Source: Armatimonadota bacterium
GTDB lineage: Bacteria; Armatimonadota; Armatimonadia; Armatimonadales; Armatimonadaceae
Length of the DNA: 57,440 nucleotides
Assembly (NCBI GenBank): GCA_043754515.1
Contig: JAYUUO010000033.1
Location: forward strand, 1 to 57,440
Direction of reading: 5' to 3'
Both the position numbers and the translations under genes were made by a program. How positions within the stretch are numbered: the first letter of the stretch is position 1; each line of letters opens with the position of its first letter. The notes under the pieces were generated by a model. That model was not told the origin of the DNA. It did not search any database and saw only the letters and a program-made list of their open reading frames with translations. Positions 21,862 to 30,684 of the stretch are shown here, piece by piece.

Positions 21862-21995
21862 TCAACACGGTGCCAATGTGGATTAGCGCGAGCATCGCGC
21901 CTTGAATGAGTCAATCGGGATAATCCACATCACTATAAGGCGAACGGAAAACATCTCAATTTCCCTCACCTTCGCTACAACACGGTTTTCGTCAC

Positions 21996-22065
21996 GCGCT
22001 GGCTTAAGGCGCAAAGCACTTCTTTGGTAAAGAAGAGGTCGCGGGTCCGATCCTCACCCCGCGCT
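21996..22065 (+). pseudogene. degenerate tRNA-Thr(GGT)
   Basis: D stem GCTT/AAGC; intact anticodon arm CTTCT-TTGGTAA-AGAAG; AGGTC; T loop TCCGATC with one stem mismatch; acceptor out of register. Confidence 0.65.
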
Positions 22066-22163
22066 CATATAATATTACTGATGTATTTCTAGCAGACCGC
22101 AAGTCGCACATCCACCAGACATCCGTCAGATTCAAACCGTTCCTTGTTCATGATTATGGCGAG

Positions 22164-22523
22164 ATGGAGGGAATCTTTGACAGGAACGACGGGATAATCA
22201 TATTCCCATTCCAGGCGGGGACCGATGTGACTGACCGCTACGGCAGAGAAGCCGGGATGCTTTACTCCCCGGTTGTCCTCAAGTTAAACCACAGCACGAA
22301 ATGTAGCATCATTGGCATCTGCGGATTCCCTTTTCGCCTGTGTAGTCGTAACCCGGAAGCAGGTTTTCCTGTTCGGATGTGGGCATGCAAATCCGTTGAT
22401 AATTGGTTGCTGTCTCTTGAAAACCCTTTAGCTATATTGTTGGCTGTGGAGCAAATCCTTCACAAGAAGATCATACCTGAGATGCAGCGCGAGATGGCAG
22501 GGAAGTCCCCTCTGGCCTCTTGA
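22164..22523 (+). CDS. hypothetical protein, paralogue of the next gene (possibly 5'-truncated)
   Basis: Shares GIxIFPFQ, ICGxP and KSVxxW motifs with 22554-23096; lower GC. Confidence 0.6.
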   Translation: MEGIFDRNDGIIIFPFQAGTDVTDRYGREAGMLYSPVVLKLNHSTKCSIIGICGFPFRLCSRNPEAGFPVRMWACKSVDNWLLSLENPLAILLAVEQILHKKIIPEMQREMAGKSPLAS

Positions 22524-22553
22524 ACGCGGACGCTTCTCCTGGCGCGGCTACCG

Positions 22554-23096
22554 ATGATCACACACGTAAAAATATACTTTCTACAGTTCCGTTGGGCGGA
22601 CGACCTCCGACCCATTATGGAAGAGGTATGCAAAATATACGCGGACGGTAACGAGGCGCGTCTACATCAGGAGGGTCCGGGGGCGAAATATCATGTTGAC
22701 TGCTCCATCCTCACGAACATAGAGGAGATAGCACACGCGGTCGAACATGAGAGTGGCATATTCATCTTCCCGTTCCAGTATCCTTTAGATGCTTGGTACT
22801 TCGTTTTCCCCGAGATACATCCGGGCGAATTCCGCGAAGAAGGTCTGAAATACATCAACGATTATTCTCGCATTCGCGACATAGTTTATCGCGAAGATTT
22901 TCGCCTTAGGAGCAGGGCAGTTTGCATCTGCGGCTACCCCATGGACAAGATGGCCAGAGGATATATCAAAGAGCCGTACCCGATATACGAATGGTATGAG
23001 AAGTCCGTCTCATTATGGATTCCGAGACCACGCGACAAATGGGATTTACGCATGGCTATTAACTACATATTCGTGCGGGATATGCTTCCGCTTTAG
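22554..23096 (+). CDS. hypothetical protein
   Basis: 180-aa ORF in an AT-richer island; paralogous to the upstream ORF. Confidence 0.7.
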   Translation: MITHVKIYFLQFRWADDLRPIMEEVCKIYADGNEARLHQEGPGAKYHVDCSILTNIEEIAHAVEHESGIFIFPFQYPLDAWYFVFPEIHPGEFREEGLKYINDYSRIRDIVYREDFRLRSRAVCICGYPMDKMARGYIKEPYPIYEWYEKSVSLWIPRPRDKWDLRMAINYIFVRDMLPL

Positions 23097-23327
23097 CCAG
23101 AGTCTGGAGCGAAACGAAGTCTCAACCTCACCGCTATTCGCGTCGGCGATTCGGAAACGAGAACTTTCGTCACAAAGAAATGCCACATGCTCTCCTGTGG
23201 GGCGATTGCTCCCGGACGTAAGACCGGGGAGGCATTTGACGCTTCCATCGCTTAAGGGTGTGTTAGTCCGGGTTTCGCCGACGCGGCTCCTATCGCGCCC
23301 GAAGAAAGCGCGGCATCGAAGGAGCCC

Positions 23328-23379
23328 GGACAGGCAATCGTCAAAACAAGTTTTGACTGTACTTGTTTCGCCGATCACG
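23328..23379. repeat. 52-bp AT-rich palindromic element, copy 1
   Basis: 49/52 identical to the reverse complement of 30470-30521; first 41 nt identical. Confidence 0.9.
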
Positions 23380-23423
23380 CATGGTGGCCGACCCGCGTGG
23401 GATGCTAAAGAAGGACGAGCACG

Positions 23424-24551
23424 CTAGCACAACTCGACGACGAGCCGCTGGATCACCGCCTGCGGGCTGTCCCCCCCCGGCACCACCCCTTTGAGCGACA
23501 GGTCCGCGCGGAGCAGTATCTCCATCCGGTCCATCAGTTCCGCGAGCGAGAAGTTCCGCGCCTGCGCGACGAACTTGTCCGCCATCCACGTCATCTTCGG
23601 GTTCGAGACCACGCTCCCCGCGCCGTCCGACGGCAGGAATGCCAGCACTTCGGGGGTCGGTACGCGCGCGTTCCGTCCCACCATCTTGTTCTCGCCCAGG
23701 TAGCGGTATTGCGCGATCAGCCGGATCTGCCGCGCGAGTAGCACCAGCACGCGCGGCGCGACCGACTCCGGGCGGCTCCCCGTGCGGAACAGTTGCGAGA
23801 CGTAGCCGAGCGCGTCCCGCGTTTTGCGCGCACCGACCGCGTCACACAACTTGAAGATCACGTCGTCCGGCCCGCGCGACAGCACCGCCTCAAGATCCGC
23901 GCCCGTGATCACGCCCGAGCTATCGCCCACATAGGCCGCCGCCTTCGCGATCTCGGACGCCAGCCGCCCCACATCCTCCGTCGGTAGCGCGCCGAGCAGC
24001 CCCAGCGCGTCCGGGGACAGCGTCTTACCTTCGCGTTTCGCCGCGTTTATAGTCAGGCCGCGCACGTCCTCCGAGCCGCCTTTGGGCAGGGAGAACTCGC
24101 GCGTCTCGCCGTATTTCTTGACCGCGCTCGCGAGATCGGACGTGATCAGGCTACTCTTCTTCGCCTTGCCGTCGTCGCCCGTCACCGGCGACCCCGTGTG
24201 CAGGATCAGCAGGCCCGACGCCGGGATGCGCCCTAGCCCTTCCGCGAGCCGCTTCTGCTCGGCGTCCTCCATCTGTTGCGTGTCGCGCACGACCACCACG
24301 CGCCGCCCGCGTCCGAGCGGCACCATCGCGGCGGACGACAGGGCGCGTTCGCTGACAGGCACCGCGCGGTCGTTCTTCGGCGCGCCGCCGTCTAGCGTCT
24401 CCGCGTCGAAGTCGGCGAACTCGGGGGCAACGTGCGCCTTCACCAGCGCGTTCGCCTCCGCCGTCTTGCGCCCGGATTCGGTGCCGGTCAGCAGAATCAC
24501 GCGGATAATCCCGTCGTCGGCGGGCGCGACACTCTTCTTAGCGGGGGGCAT
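23424..24551 (-). CDS. holA: DNA polymerase III delta subunit
   Basis: VILLTGTE, RRVVVVRD, LASEIAK, IFKLCDAV, LLARQIR, ADLSLKG pattern. Confidence 0.88.
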   Translation of the reverse strand: MPPAKKSVAPADDGIIRVILLTGTESGRKTAEANALVKAHVAPEFADFDAETLDGGAPKNDRAVPVSERALSSAAMVPLGRGRRVVVVRDTQQMEDAEQKRLAEGLGRIPASGLLILHTGSPVTGDDGKAKKSSLITSDLASAVKKYGETREFSLPKGGSEDVRGLTINAAKREGKTLSPDALGLLGALPTEDVGRLASEIAKAAAYVGDSSGVITGADLEAVLSRGPDDVIFKLCDAVGARKTRDALGYVSQLFRTGSRPESVAPRVLVLLARQIRLIAQYRYLGENKMVGRNARVPTPEVLAFLPSDGAGSVVSNPKMTWMADKFVAQARNFSLAELMDRMEILLRADLSLKGVVPGGDSPQAVIQRLVVELC

Positions 24552-26832
24552 CGGGCTTCTCCTGCTTCTCTTTCAGCGCGGCGTCCAGTTTCCTCAGCGC
24601 GGCGTTCGCGGCAACCGCTTCTTCGGGTCCGACCGCGGTACCGCCCTCCGCGCCGTAAACCGCCCGCTGAAAAAGGGCGGTTAGCGGCGCGAACGCCGCG
24701 TGGACGGACTCGCCCCGCCGCTGCCGCGCCAGTCTTAGGTACTCGGTGGTCGTCGTCTGCGGCTCGCGGACGATCCCCGCGCGCGCCAGCCGCCGACTCG
24801 CGCTCTGGTAGGCGCGGACGACCTGCCGGGCGTGGGGCGACGCCACTTGCGACGCTACCGGCTTGAACGCGCGGCCTTGTAGCGCGAGCCAGACCTCCAT
24901 AACCACGAAATACAGCATGCCACACAGGCCGAGCAAGGTTATCGTGACGGGAAGCCAACCCACCCCCAGGATGCGCTCCCACAGGTTGCGCTGATCCGTC
25001 TGCGGCTCGGGGGTTTTAGCGGCGGGGATGGTACCGGGCGTGTCCTGAGTCGCGTCGAACACGATCCAGCCGTACCCTTGGAAGTAGACCTCGGTCCAGG
25101 CGTGGCGGTCCGACTCGCGCAGAATGTAGGTGCGCTTCTTCGCGTCGGGGTCCTCGGTGCCGGGCGCGAAGCCGGTCGCCACCCGCGCCGGAACCCCCGC
25201 GTGGCGACAGAGCAGCGTGAACGCCGTCGCGTACAGGTCGCAGTAGCCCTGCTTCGACTCGCGCAGGAAGTACTCGGCGGCGTCCTGTCCGCGCGGCACC
25301 GCCGGCGCGTCCAGGGTGTACACGCAGTTGGAGGACACCCACTGCCGCAACGCCTCGGTCTTGTCGTACGGATTCGTCGCGCCCGCGTCGGCGACGATCT
25401 GTTCGGCGAGGTGATCCAGCACGTCGCTCGCCGGGTACTGGAGGCACTGGCGGCGGATGTCGTTCGGGTACGTGTCCTGGCGCGTGACGCGCAGTTCGGA
25501 GGGCTTGATGTTGCTCGGGACATCCGAGGTGGCCTCATACTCCATCGCGTAGCTGAGCGGCGCGCTCAGCGTACCATCCGCGCGGACCTGGATGGACGGC
25601 GCGGGCATGCGAATCTGGCGCGCCTCGGCGGCGACATGAATCGGGGTGATGCGGGTGGTGTTTAAGTGGAACCGGTAAGTGAGCGACTCGAACTTGCCGC
25701 GCGGATAGTCCCGCGCCTTCAGCAGGAACGTGTTCAGTCCGGCATCGTCCATCGCGCCGGTCGGCTCAAGCAGCTCGCTAGCGGCGGTGGGCGCGCCGAA
25801 GCCGCTACCCTGGAGGGAATTACTCCAACTCCCGCTGCTACTGGAGTACCTGTCGAACACGCGCCCGCGCCAGTACAGCGGCTTCGGACTCTCGACGCGG
25901 GCGCGCTCGGCGCGGTTGTCGCTGACCGGGCCGAGGCCGACATGGAAATCGCGCGAGTTATTGAAGTCCAGGCTGGTCTCACCCGCCTTGCCGCCCGAGA
26001 GTTTCTGCGCGGCGGCGGGGGGCATGCTCAACCGCCCGATCACGTTCGCGAGGGACAGGTTGCGCCCGACCATCTGGAGCGGGATCGCGATCACGACCCC
26101 TATCAGAACCGCCCCGAAAGCGCAGGCAAGCGCGACCTTCGTCTGCGTCCGTAGTAGCCCCCACCGCGCTTTGCTGTCCGCGCCCCCGCGCCCCGTCGCG
26201 ATGCCCGCCCCCCCGCTCGCCTCACCGCCCTCCGAGACGCCGAGCAGGGTGGCCTCGGTGATGGTGCGCATCCCGCCCGAAAGCCCGTTCTGGTGGACGA
26301 GTAGAAAGGTCGCCGCCCCGAGGAACACGACGAAACAGGCGATTAGCTCCTGGTTGATGTTCACCGTGCCCGTCAGCCCGATGATCGCGATCGCCCAGAC
26401 GCAGGTGAACATGACGGATTCGTCCGTGACCAGCAGGAATGAGCAGAAGGTCGCGGTGAACGACAGCGCGCACACGAGAAGTAGCTCCTGTGAACCCTGA
26501 GCCTCGAACGGCACCAGGTTTTGGAACGGGCCTACCCCGCGCAGTGCCGCCACGAAGACCAAGGCGACCAGTACCGCCCCGCCCTGGATCAGCCCCGACG
26601 AACTGCCGTGCCGCCGCAGGAAGTAGGCGCACGTCAGCCCGACGACGGTCAGCATCATCGTGAAATAGGCGAATGCCGGGTCAGTGAGCTGGTACGCCAC
26701 CGCGGCCAGCCCCGCGAGCTGCGCGACCGCCCCGCCGACATAGAGCGGTATCGAGATGTCCTTCTGGCCCGCCCGCGCCTTGCTCGGGCCGGTCGCGGGC
26801 GGTTCAATCGTCCTCGCGGAGGAGATACTCAA
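24538..26832 (-). CDS. TgpA-like membrane transglutaminase-domain protein (DUF3488 / transglutaminase core / DUF4129)
   Basis: Multi-TM N-terminus; YWRGRVFDRY; GYCDLYA, HAWTEVY, FDAT Cys-His-Asp triad. Confidence 0.9.
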   Translation of the reverse strand: MSISSARTIEPPATGPSKARAGQKDISIPLYVGGAVAQLAGLAAVAYQLTDPAFAYFTMMLTVVGLTCAYFLRRHGSSSGLIQGGAVLVALVFVAALRGVGPFQNLVPFEAQGSQELLLVCALSFTATFCSFLLVTDESVMFTCVWAIAIIGLTGTVNINQELIACFVVFLGAATFLLVHQNGLSGGMRTITEATLLGVSEGGEASGGAGIATGRGGADSKARWGLLRTQTKVALACAFGAVLIGVVIAIPLQMVGRNLSLANVIGRLSMPPAAAQKLSGGKAGETSLDFNNSRDFHVGLGPVSDNRAERARVESPKPLYWRGRVFDRYSSSSGSWSNSLQGSGFGAPTAASELLEPTGAMDDAGLNTFLLKARDYPRGKFESLTYRFHLNTTRITPIHVAAEARQIRMPAPSIQVRADGTLSAPLSYAMEYEATSDVPSNIKPSELRVTRQDTYPNDIRRQCLQYPASDVLDHLAEQIVADAGATNPYDKTEALRQWVSSNCVYTLDAPAVPRGQDAAEYFLRESKQGYCDLYATAFTLLCRHAGVPARVATGFAPGTEDPDAKKRTYILRESDRHAWTEVYFQGYGWIVFDATQDTPGTIPAAKTPEPQTDQRNLWERILGVGWLPVTITLLGLCGMLYFVVMEVWLALQGRAFKPVASQVASPHARQVVRAYQSASRRLARAGIVREPQTTTTEYLRLARQRRGESVHAAFAPLTALFQRAVYGAEGGTAVGPEEAVAANAALRKLDAALKEKQEKPDAPR

Positions 26833-28081
26833 GGTTTTTCCCGCCTTCCTTCCAGGGCGAATGCGTACCGCATTCGACCACGCGCAACGTAGCGGACTTG
26901 CCGGCGATGGCGGGCGAGAGCACGCCGCCTTTGGGCCCGCCGAACCCGGTCGGCTCGAAGAAATAGACTGTCACCGTGTCGCCGTGCCGGACCCGGTCGG
27001 CGAGGAACGCCAGCAGACGCGGCTCGCCGCGCGAGGTGAGCACCGCATAGTGCGTCCCGTCATCGTCGCCGCCGCGCCGCGCCGCCGTCAGGGCGTCCGC
27101 GAGCGACGATTCGGCGTCACATTGGAGCCGTGCCAGGCGGTCGAAGAGGCGGAAGCGCGCGGCTTCCGGGTCGGACTCGCGCGGCTTCACGGTCAAGTTA
27201 TCGTTCTGCGTGATCAGTTTCACGCCCCCCCCGGCACGCAGGGTCCGATCCGCGAGCGTCGCCGCGACTTTCACGGCGTACTCCAGGGTCGAGTCGCGCC
27301 CGCTCCCGTAGTTCGTTCCTTTGAGGAGGTCAATCACGATGCAGACATCCTGCTGGTACGCCCGCTCGAACTCGACCACGGCGAGCTTGCCGCGCCGCGC
27401 CGAGGTCGCCCAGTGGACACGGCGCAGGGGGTCGCCCGGCTGGTACTCGCGCACCCCGTGAAAATCCATCCCCTCGCCTCGCCGCGTCTTGCCGTCGCGC
27501 TCACGCACGCCGTACGCGCCCTCGCCGCCCGCCGCCTTATCTCGGGCCTGGAGCGGCTCGGGGAGCACCAATATCTCCGTCTGTATGGGAAGCGACGCGG
27601 TGAAGGTGAACAGCCCGAGCGGGTCGGTGGTGACCAGTCTGGCGGGGCCGAGGGTATATACGCCGCGCAGTTTCGGCTCGACGTAGTAGGTCTGGCTACC
27701 GGTTTTGCCGTCCCAGACGTCCAGGGCGGGCGCGGTCCGGGCGGACGAGCCGACCAGCGGCGGCTCGTCGGGGGAGGCGAGGCTGTCCGGCACGGCGTCG
27801 GAGAGGCGCACCGAGGCTTGCGGGAAACCGCCCACCGCGGTAACTTCGAGCGTGATCGGGATGCGCCGCCCCTCGGGTACCGTGGCGAGATGTTGCCGTG
27901 TCGCGGCGAAGCGGGTGGAGAAAAAGGCGGCGAGGGCGTAAGACGACAGGGGCAAGACGGCGAGGGCGACGGCCATCAGGTACAGATATTGCAGGTCGAG
28001 AAGCACGGCGACCACGAATAGGAACGCGGTGGCGACCGTGATTACCAAAGACTTAATTCCGGCACTGCCGAGACGATTCAC
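26804..28081 (-). CDS. DUF58 domain-containing protein
   Basis: RGVYTLGP..DPLGLF; FHGVREYQPGDPLRRVHWATSAR. Confidence 0.92.
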   Translation of the reverse strand: MNRLGSAGIKSLVITVATAFLFVVAVLLDLQYLYLMAVALAVLPLSSYALAAFFSTRFAATRQHLATVPEGRRIPITLEVTAVGGFPQASVRLSDAVPDSLASPDEPPLVGSSARTAPALDVWDGKTGSQTYYVEPKLRGVYTLGPARLVTTDPLGLFTFTASLPIQTEILVLPEPLQARDKAAGGEGAYGVRERDGKTRRGEGMDFHGVREYQPGDPLRRVHWATSARRGKLAVVEFERAYQQDVCIVIDLLKGTNYGSGRDSTLEYAVKVAATLADRTLRAGGGVKLITQNDNLTVKPRESDPEAARFRLFDRLARLQCDAESSLADALTAARRGGDDDGTHYAVLTSRGEPRLLAFLADRVRHGDTVTVYFFEPTGFGGPKGGVLSPAIAGKSATLRVVECGTHSPWKEGGKNLEYLLREDD

Positions 28082-28288
28082 GGTCTGATTGTACCGCGTC
28101 CGTGCCGTGGCTGCTCCGGGCTTCGGGTGAGGGTTTCGGGTTGGGGCAACCGCGTCATAGTTTGGCGGCTCGCCGTCCGTCGCGGATGCCGCCCGCCGGA
28201 ACGTGCCCGCCCGCCTGTGGCCATGACCCGCGTGACCGCGGGGGGAAGCGCGTAACCAACCGAACTATGACGCGACAGCTTTACCCGT

Positions 28289-28317
28289 TTGCGCCGCCCC
28301 CCGGTTCAAGGTACACT
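28289..28317 (+). promoter_or_regulatory. promoter of rpmE2
   Basis: TTGCGC, 17 bp, TACACT. Confidence 0.55.
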
Positions 28318-28375
28318 ACGCGATGATGCACGACGGTCGGTTATCGTCGGGCTTTGCTACGAAAGGTTTATTTTT

Positions 28376-28627
28376 ATGAAAGATGGCATCCACCCCGAGT
28401 ACCGCTGGATTATTTTCCAGGACGGTTCCGCCGACTACCAGTTCCTGTGCCGCTCGACCCTGAAGACCAACAAAACGGCGGTTTTTAAGGACGGCAAGGA
28501 ATATCCGATATTCACCTCGGAAATCACCTCCGCGTCCCACCCGTTCTTCACCGGCAAGCAGAAACTTATGGACACCGAAGGGCGCGTCGAAAAGTTCATG
28601 CAGAAATACGGCATGAAGAAGAAATAG
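28376..28627 (+). CDS. rpmE2: 50S ribosomal protein L31 type B (Zn-independent)
   Basis: MKDGIHPEY...SASHPFFTGKQKLMDTEGRVEKF; 83 aa, no CxxC pairs. Confidence 0.96.
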   Translation: MKDGIHPEYRWIIFQDGSADYQFLCRSTLKTNKTAVFKDGKEYPIFTSEITSASHPFFTGKQKLMDTEGRVEKFMQKYGMKKK

Positions 28628-28756
28628 CCGCCCCCGTCGGGCGGCATTGCTGGAGGCGGGCGGCGCGCGGACGATCGAGAGTTGTCCACGCGCCGCCCGT
28701 TTCGCGTACCCGGCCCGATTTAGCGGGTATGCTACGGGCGGAGTAAACGCAAAACG

Positions 28757-29887
28757 TTGAGCGAACCAGATAAGTCCCCGCCCCCCGTGAACCTGTACGG
28801 CGGGCAGGCCGTGATCGAGGGCGTGATGATGCGCGGCCCCCACTTCTTCGCGGTCGCCTGCCGCCGCGCCTCCGGTGGGGTCGCCGTGACCCACGAAGAG
28901 GTACCCAAATCCCTGCGCCCGGCGTGGCAGAAACTGCCGCTCCTGCGCGGCGCGTTCTCTATCGTGGATGCTATGGCACTGGGCACCCGCGCCCTGTTCT
29001 GGGCGGCGAAGATCGCCGAGGAGGGGATCGCGCGCCCGTCCGCCTCCATGGAGGATGCTATTGCCCGTGCCGAAATCGCCCCAGTCGGCGTCGCCCCAGT
29101 CGTGGGTGTCGTGGTGCCCGGTTTCGCGTCGCCCAAATCCACCCGCGTCACGGACGTCGCCATCGGCGGCGCGATGGTGCTCGGCCTCGCCATCGGCATC
29201 GGGCTGATCGTCGGCATCCCCTATCTCATCACCGAAGTGCTCGCGCCCCGGCTCGGATTCACCGGCTGGTGGCAGATCGCGCTCCTGGACGGCGCGGCGC
29301 GGCTATCTATCTTTTTCGGCTACATCGTGCTGGTTTCGCGCTATTCGCACGTGCGGCGGACGTTCGAGTATCACGGCGCGGAGCACAAGACGATCAACGC
29401 GCTGGAGGCGAAGCTCCCGCTGACGGTGGAGAACGCGCTGGCACAAAGCCGGTTGCACCCACGTTGCGGGACATCGTTCGTGGTAATCGTGATGGTAGTC
29501 GCGACGCTGGTGTTCGCCGTGTTCCGTGGGTCGCCGCTGTACGCCGCGCTTTTGCCCCACCTGCCCGCGAACCTCGCGGTACTGGAGCGGCTGCTCGGCG
29601 GGTTGGTCCGGCTCGTGGTGATGGTCGGACTAATGCTCCCGGTTGCCGGGATCTCGTTCGAGCTACTGCGTCTCGCGGGGCGGTACCGGGGCAACCCGTT
29701 CGCGGACGCCCTGTCGCGCCCCGGCATGTGGACGCAGTTGTTGACAACGCGCGAGCCGGACGCGAAGCAGATCGAGGTCGCGCTGGCGTCGCTGAAAGCC
29801 GCGATGCGCGCCGAGGGCGATCTAGCCGACGAGACCGAGACGCCGCGCGAGCGGGAGGATGCCTCCGTCGCCGCCGTAGTCGCGTGA
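28757..29887 (+). CDS. DUF1385 (YqhQ-like) membrane protein
   Basis: YGGQAVIEGVMMRG, YHGAEHKTI, HPRCGTSF, TTREPD; typical position after rpmE. Confidence 0.93.
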   Translation: MSEPDKSPPPVNLYGGQAVIEGVMMRGPHFFAVACRRASGGVAVTHEEVPKSLRPAWQKLPLLRGAFSIVDAMALGTRALFWAAKIAEEGIARPSASMEDAIARAEIAPVGVAPVVGVVVPGFASPKSTRVTDVAIGGAMVLGLAIGIGLIVGIPYLITEVLAPRLGFTGWWQIALLDGAARLSIFFGYIVLVSRYSHVRRTFEYHGAEHKTINALEAKLPLTVENALAQSRLHPRCGTSFVVIVMVVATLVFAVFRGSPLYAALLPHLPANLAVLERLLGGLVRLVVMVGLMLPVAGISFELLRLAGRYRGNPFADALSRPGMWTQLLTTREPDAKQIEVALASLKAAMRAEGDLADETETPREREDASVAAVVA

Positions 29888-30041
29888 TAGGCTTGTAGGG
29901 CGGCACGCGGGCTTGACGTCCGCGCGTCTTCCGAACCCCGCGCCTCCGACCCTACCCCGACGCCTGAGTGTTGCAACAGAGACGCATTCGGGTATCCTAC
30001 GCACAATAAACGACCAGTTGTAGAAAAGGTACGCGAATACT

Positions 30042-30404
30042 ATGGCAACACATGAAATCCCGCGCGAACAATGGGAAACATTCTTAACGACGTTCAGCGA
30101 GCGGCGTAGGGGCGCGCGCGTGACGGTCGAAGTGGCCGACCCACAAAAAGGCCCGCGCAAAGAGATCAGCGACAAGCCGCTCGTCGGCATTACCATGGAC
30201 CACGCGGGAAGCGGGGCGGGGAGCATCACGCTCCTGCTCGGCGGGGAAGGCGCGGATCTTATCACGCACATAGTGACGGAGCCGAAAGCCTTGTATCATA
30301 AGTCGGCGGCGGGGATCATCAGCGACGAGGTCAACCACGATGAGATCGTCGAGATCACATCGGCGGGCGACCCGCCGATCACACAGTTGCACTTCGCGGG
30401 GTAG
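30042..30404 (+). CDS. DUF5335-like protein
   Basis: EIPREQWETFLTTFS...VTVEV...PLVGIT...THIV.EP pattern. Confidence 0.7.
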   Translation: MATHEIPREQWETFLTTFSERRRGARVTVEVADPQKGPRKEISDKPLVGITMDHAGSGAGSITLLLGGEGADLITHIVTEPKALYHKSAAGIISDEVNHDEIVEITSAGDPPITQLHFAG

Positions 30405-30469
30405 ATCGTCACCCCTACTATCAAGTAATAGGAGTTACGCGGTTCGTTAAGAACGCGGGTTGAAACCCA

Positions 30470-30521
30470 CGTCATCGTCAAAACAAGTACAGTCAAAACT
30501 TGTTTTGACGATTGCCTGTCC
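30470..30521. repeat. 52-bp AT-rich palindromic element, copy 2 (inverted relative to copy 1)
   Basis: Perfect 15-bp IR ATCGTCAAAACAAGT-N9-ACTTGTTTTGACGAT (30474-30512). Confidence 0.9.
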
Positions 30522-30622
30522 AGGCTATTTCGTAGCAAGACGTCGGGTACCCGCTTGCGGGTGGGACGGACAGATCCGGGCATACGAAACCGCCAACCGC
30601 GTAACTCCCAATGTATTTACCT

Positions 30623-30681
30623 AGATGGGGCCGTCGCCCTCCGGGCAACCTCAGGTTGCCCGGAGGACGACGGCCCCATCT
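30623..30681. repeat. long GC-rich inverted repeat (REP-like or terminator hairpin)
   Basis: AGATGGGGCCGTCG-c-CCTCCGGGCAACC-tca-GGTTGCCCGGAGG-a-CGACGGCCCCATCT; one mismatch; directly after the stop of the minus-strand gene. Confidence 0.8.
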
Positions 30682-30684
30682 GAT

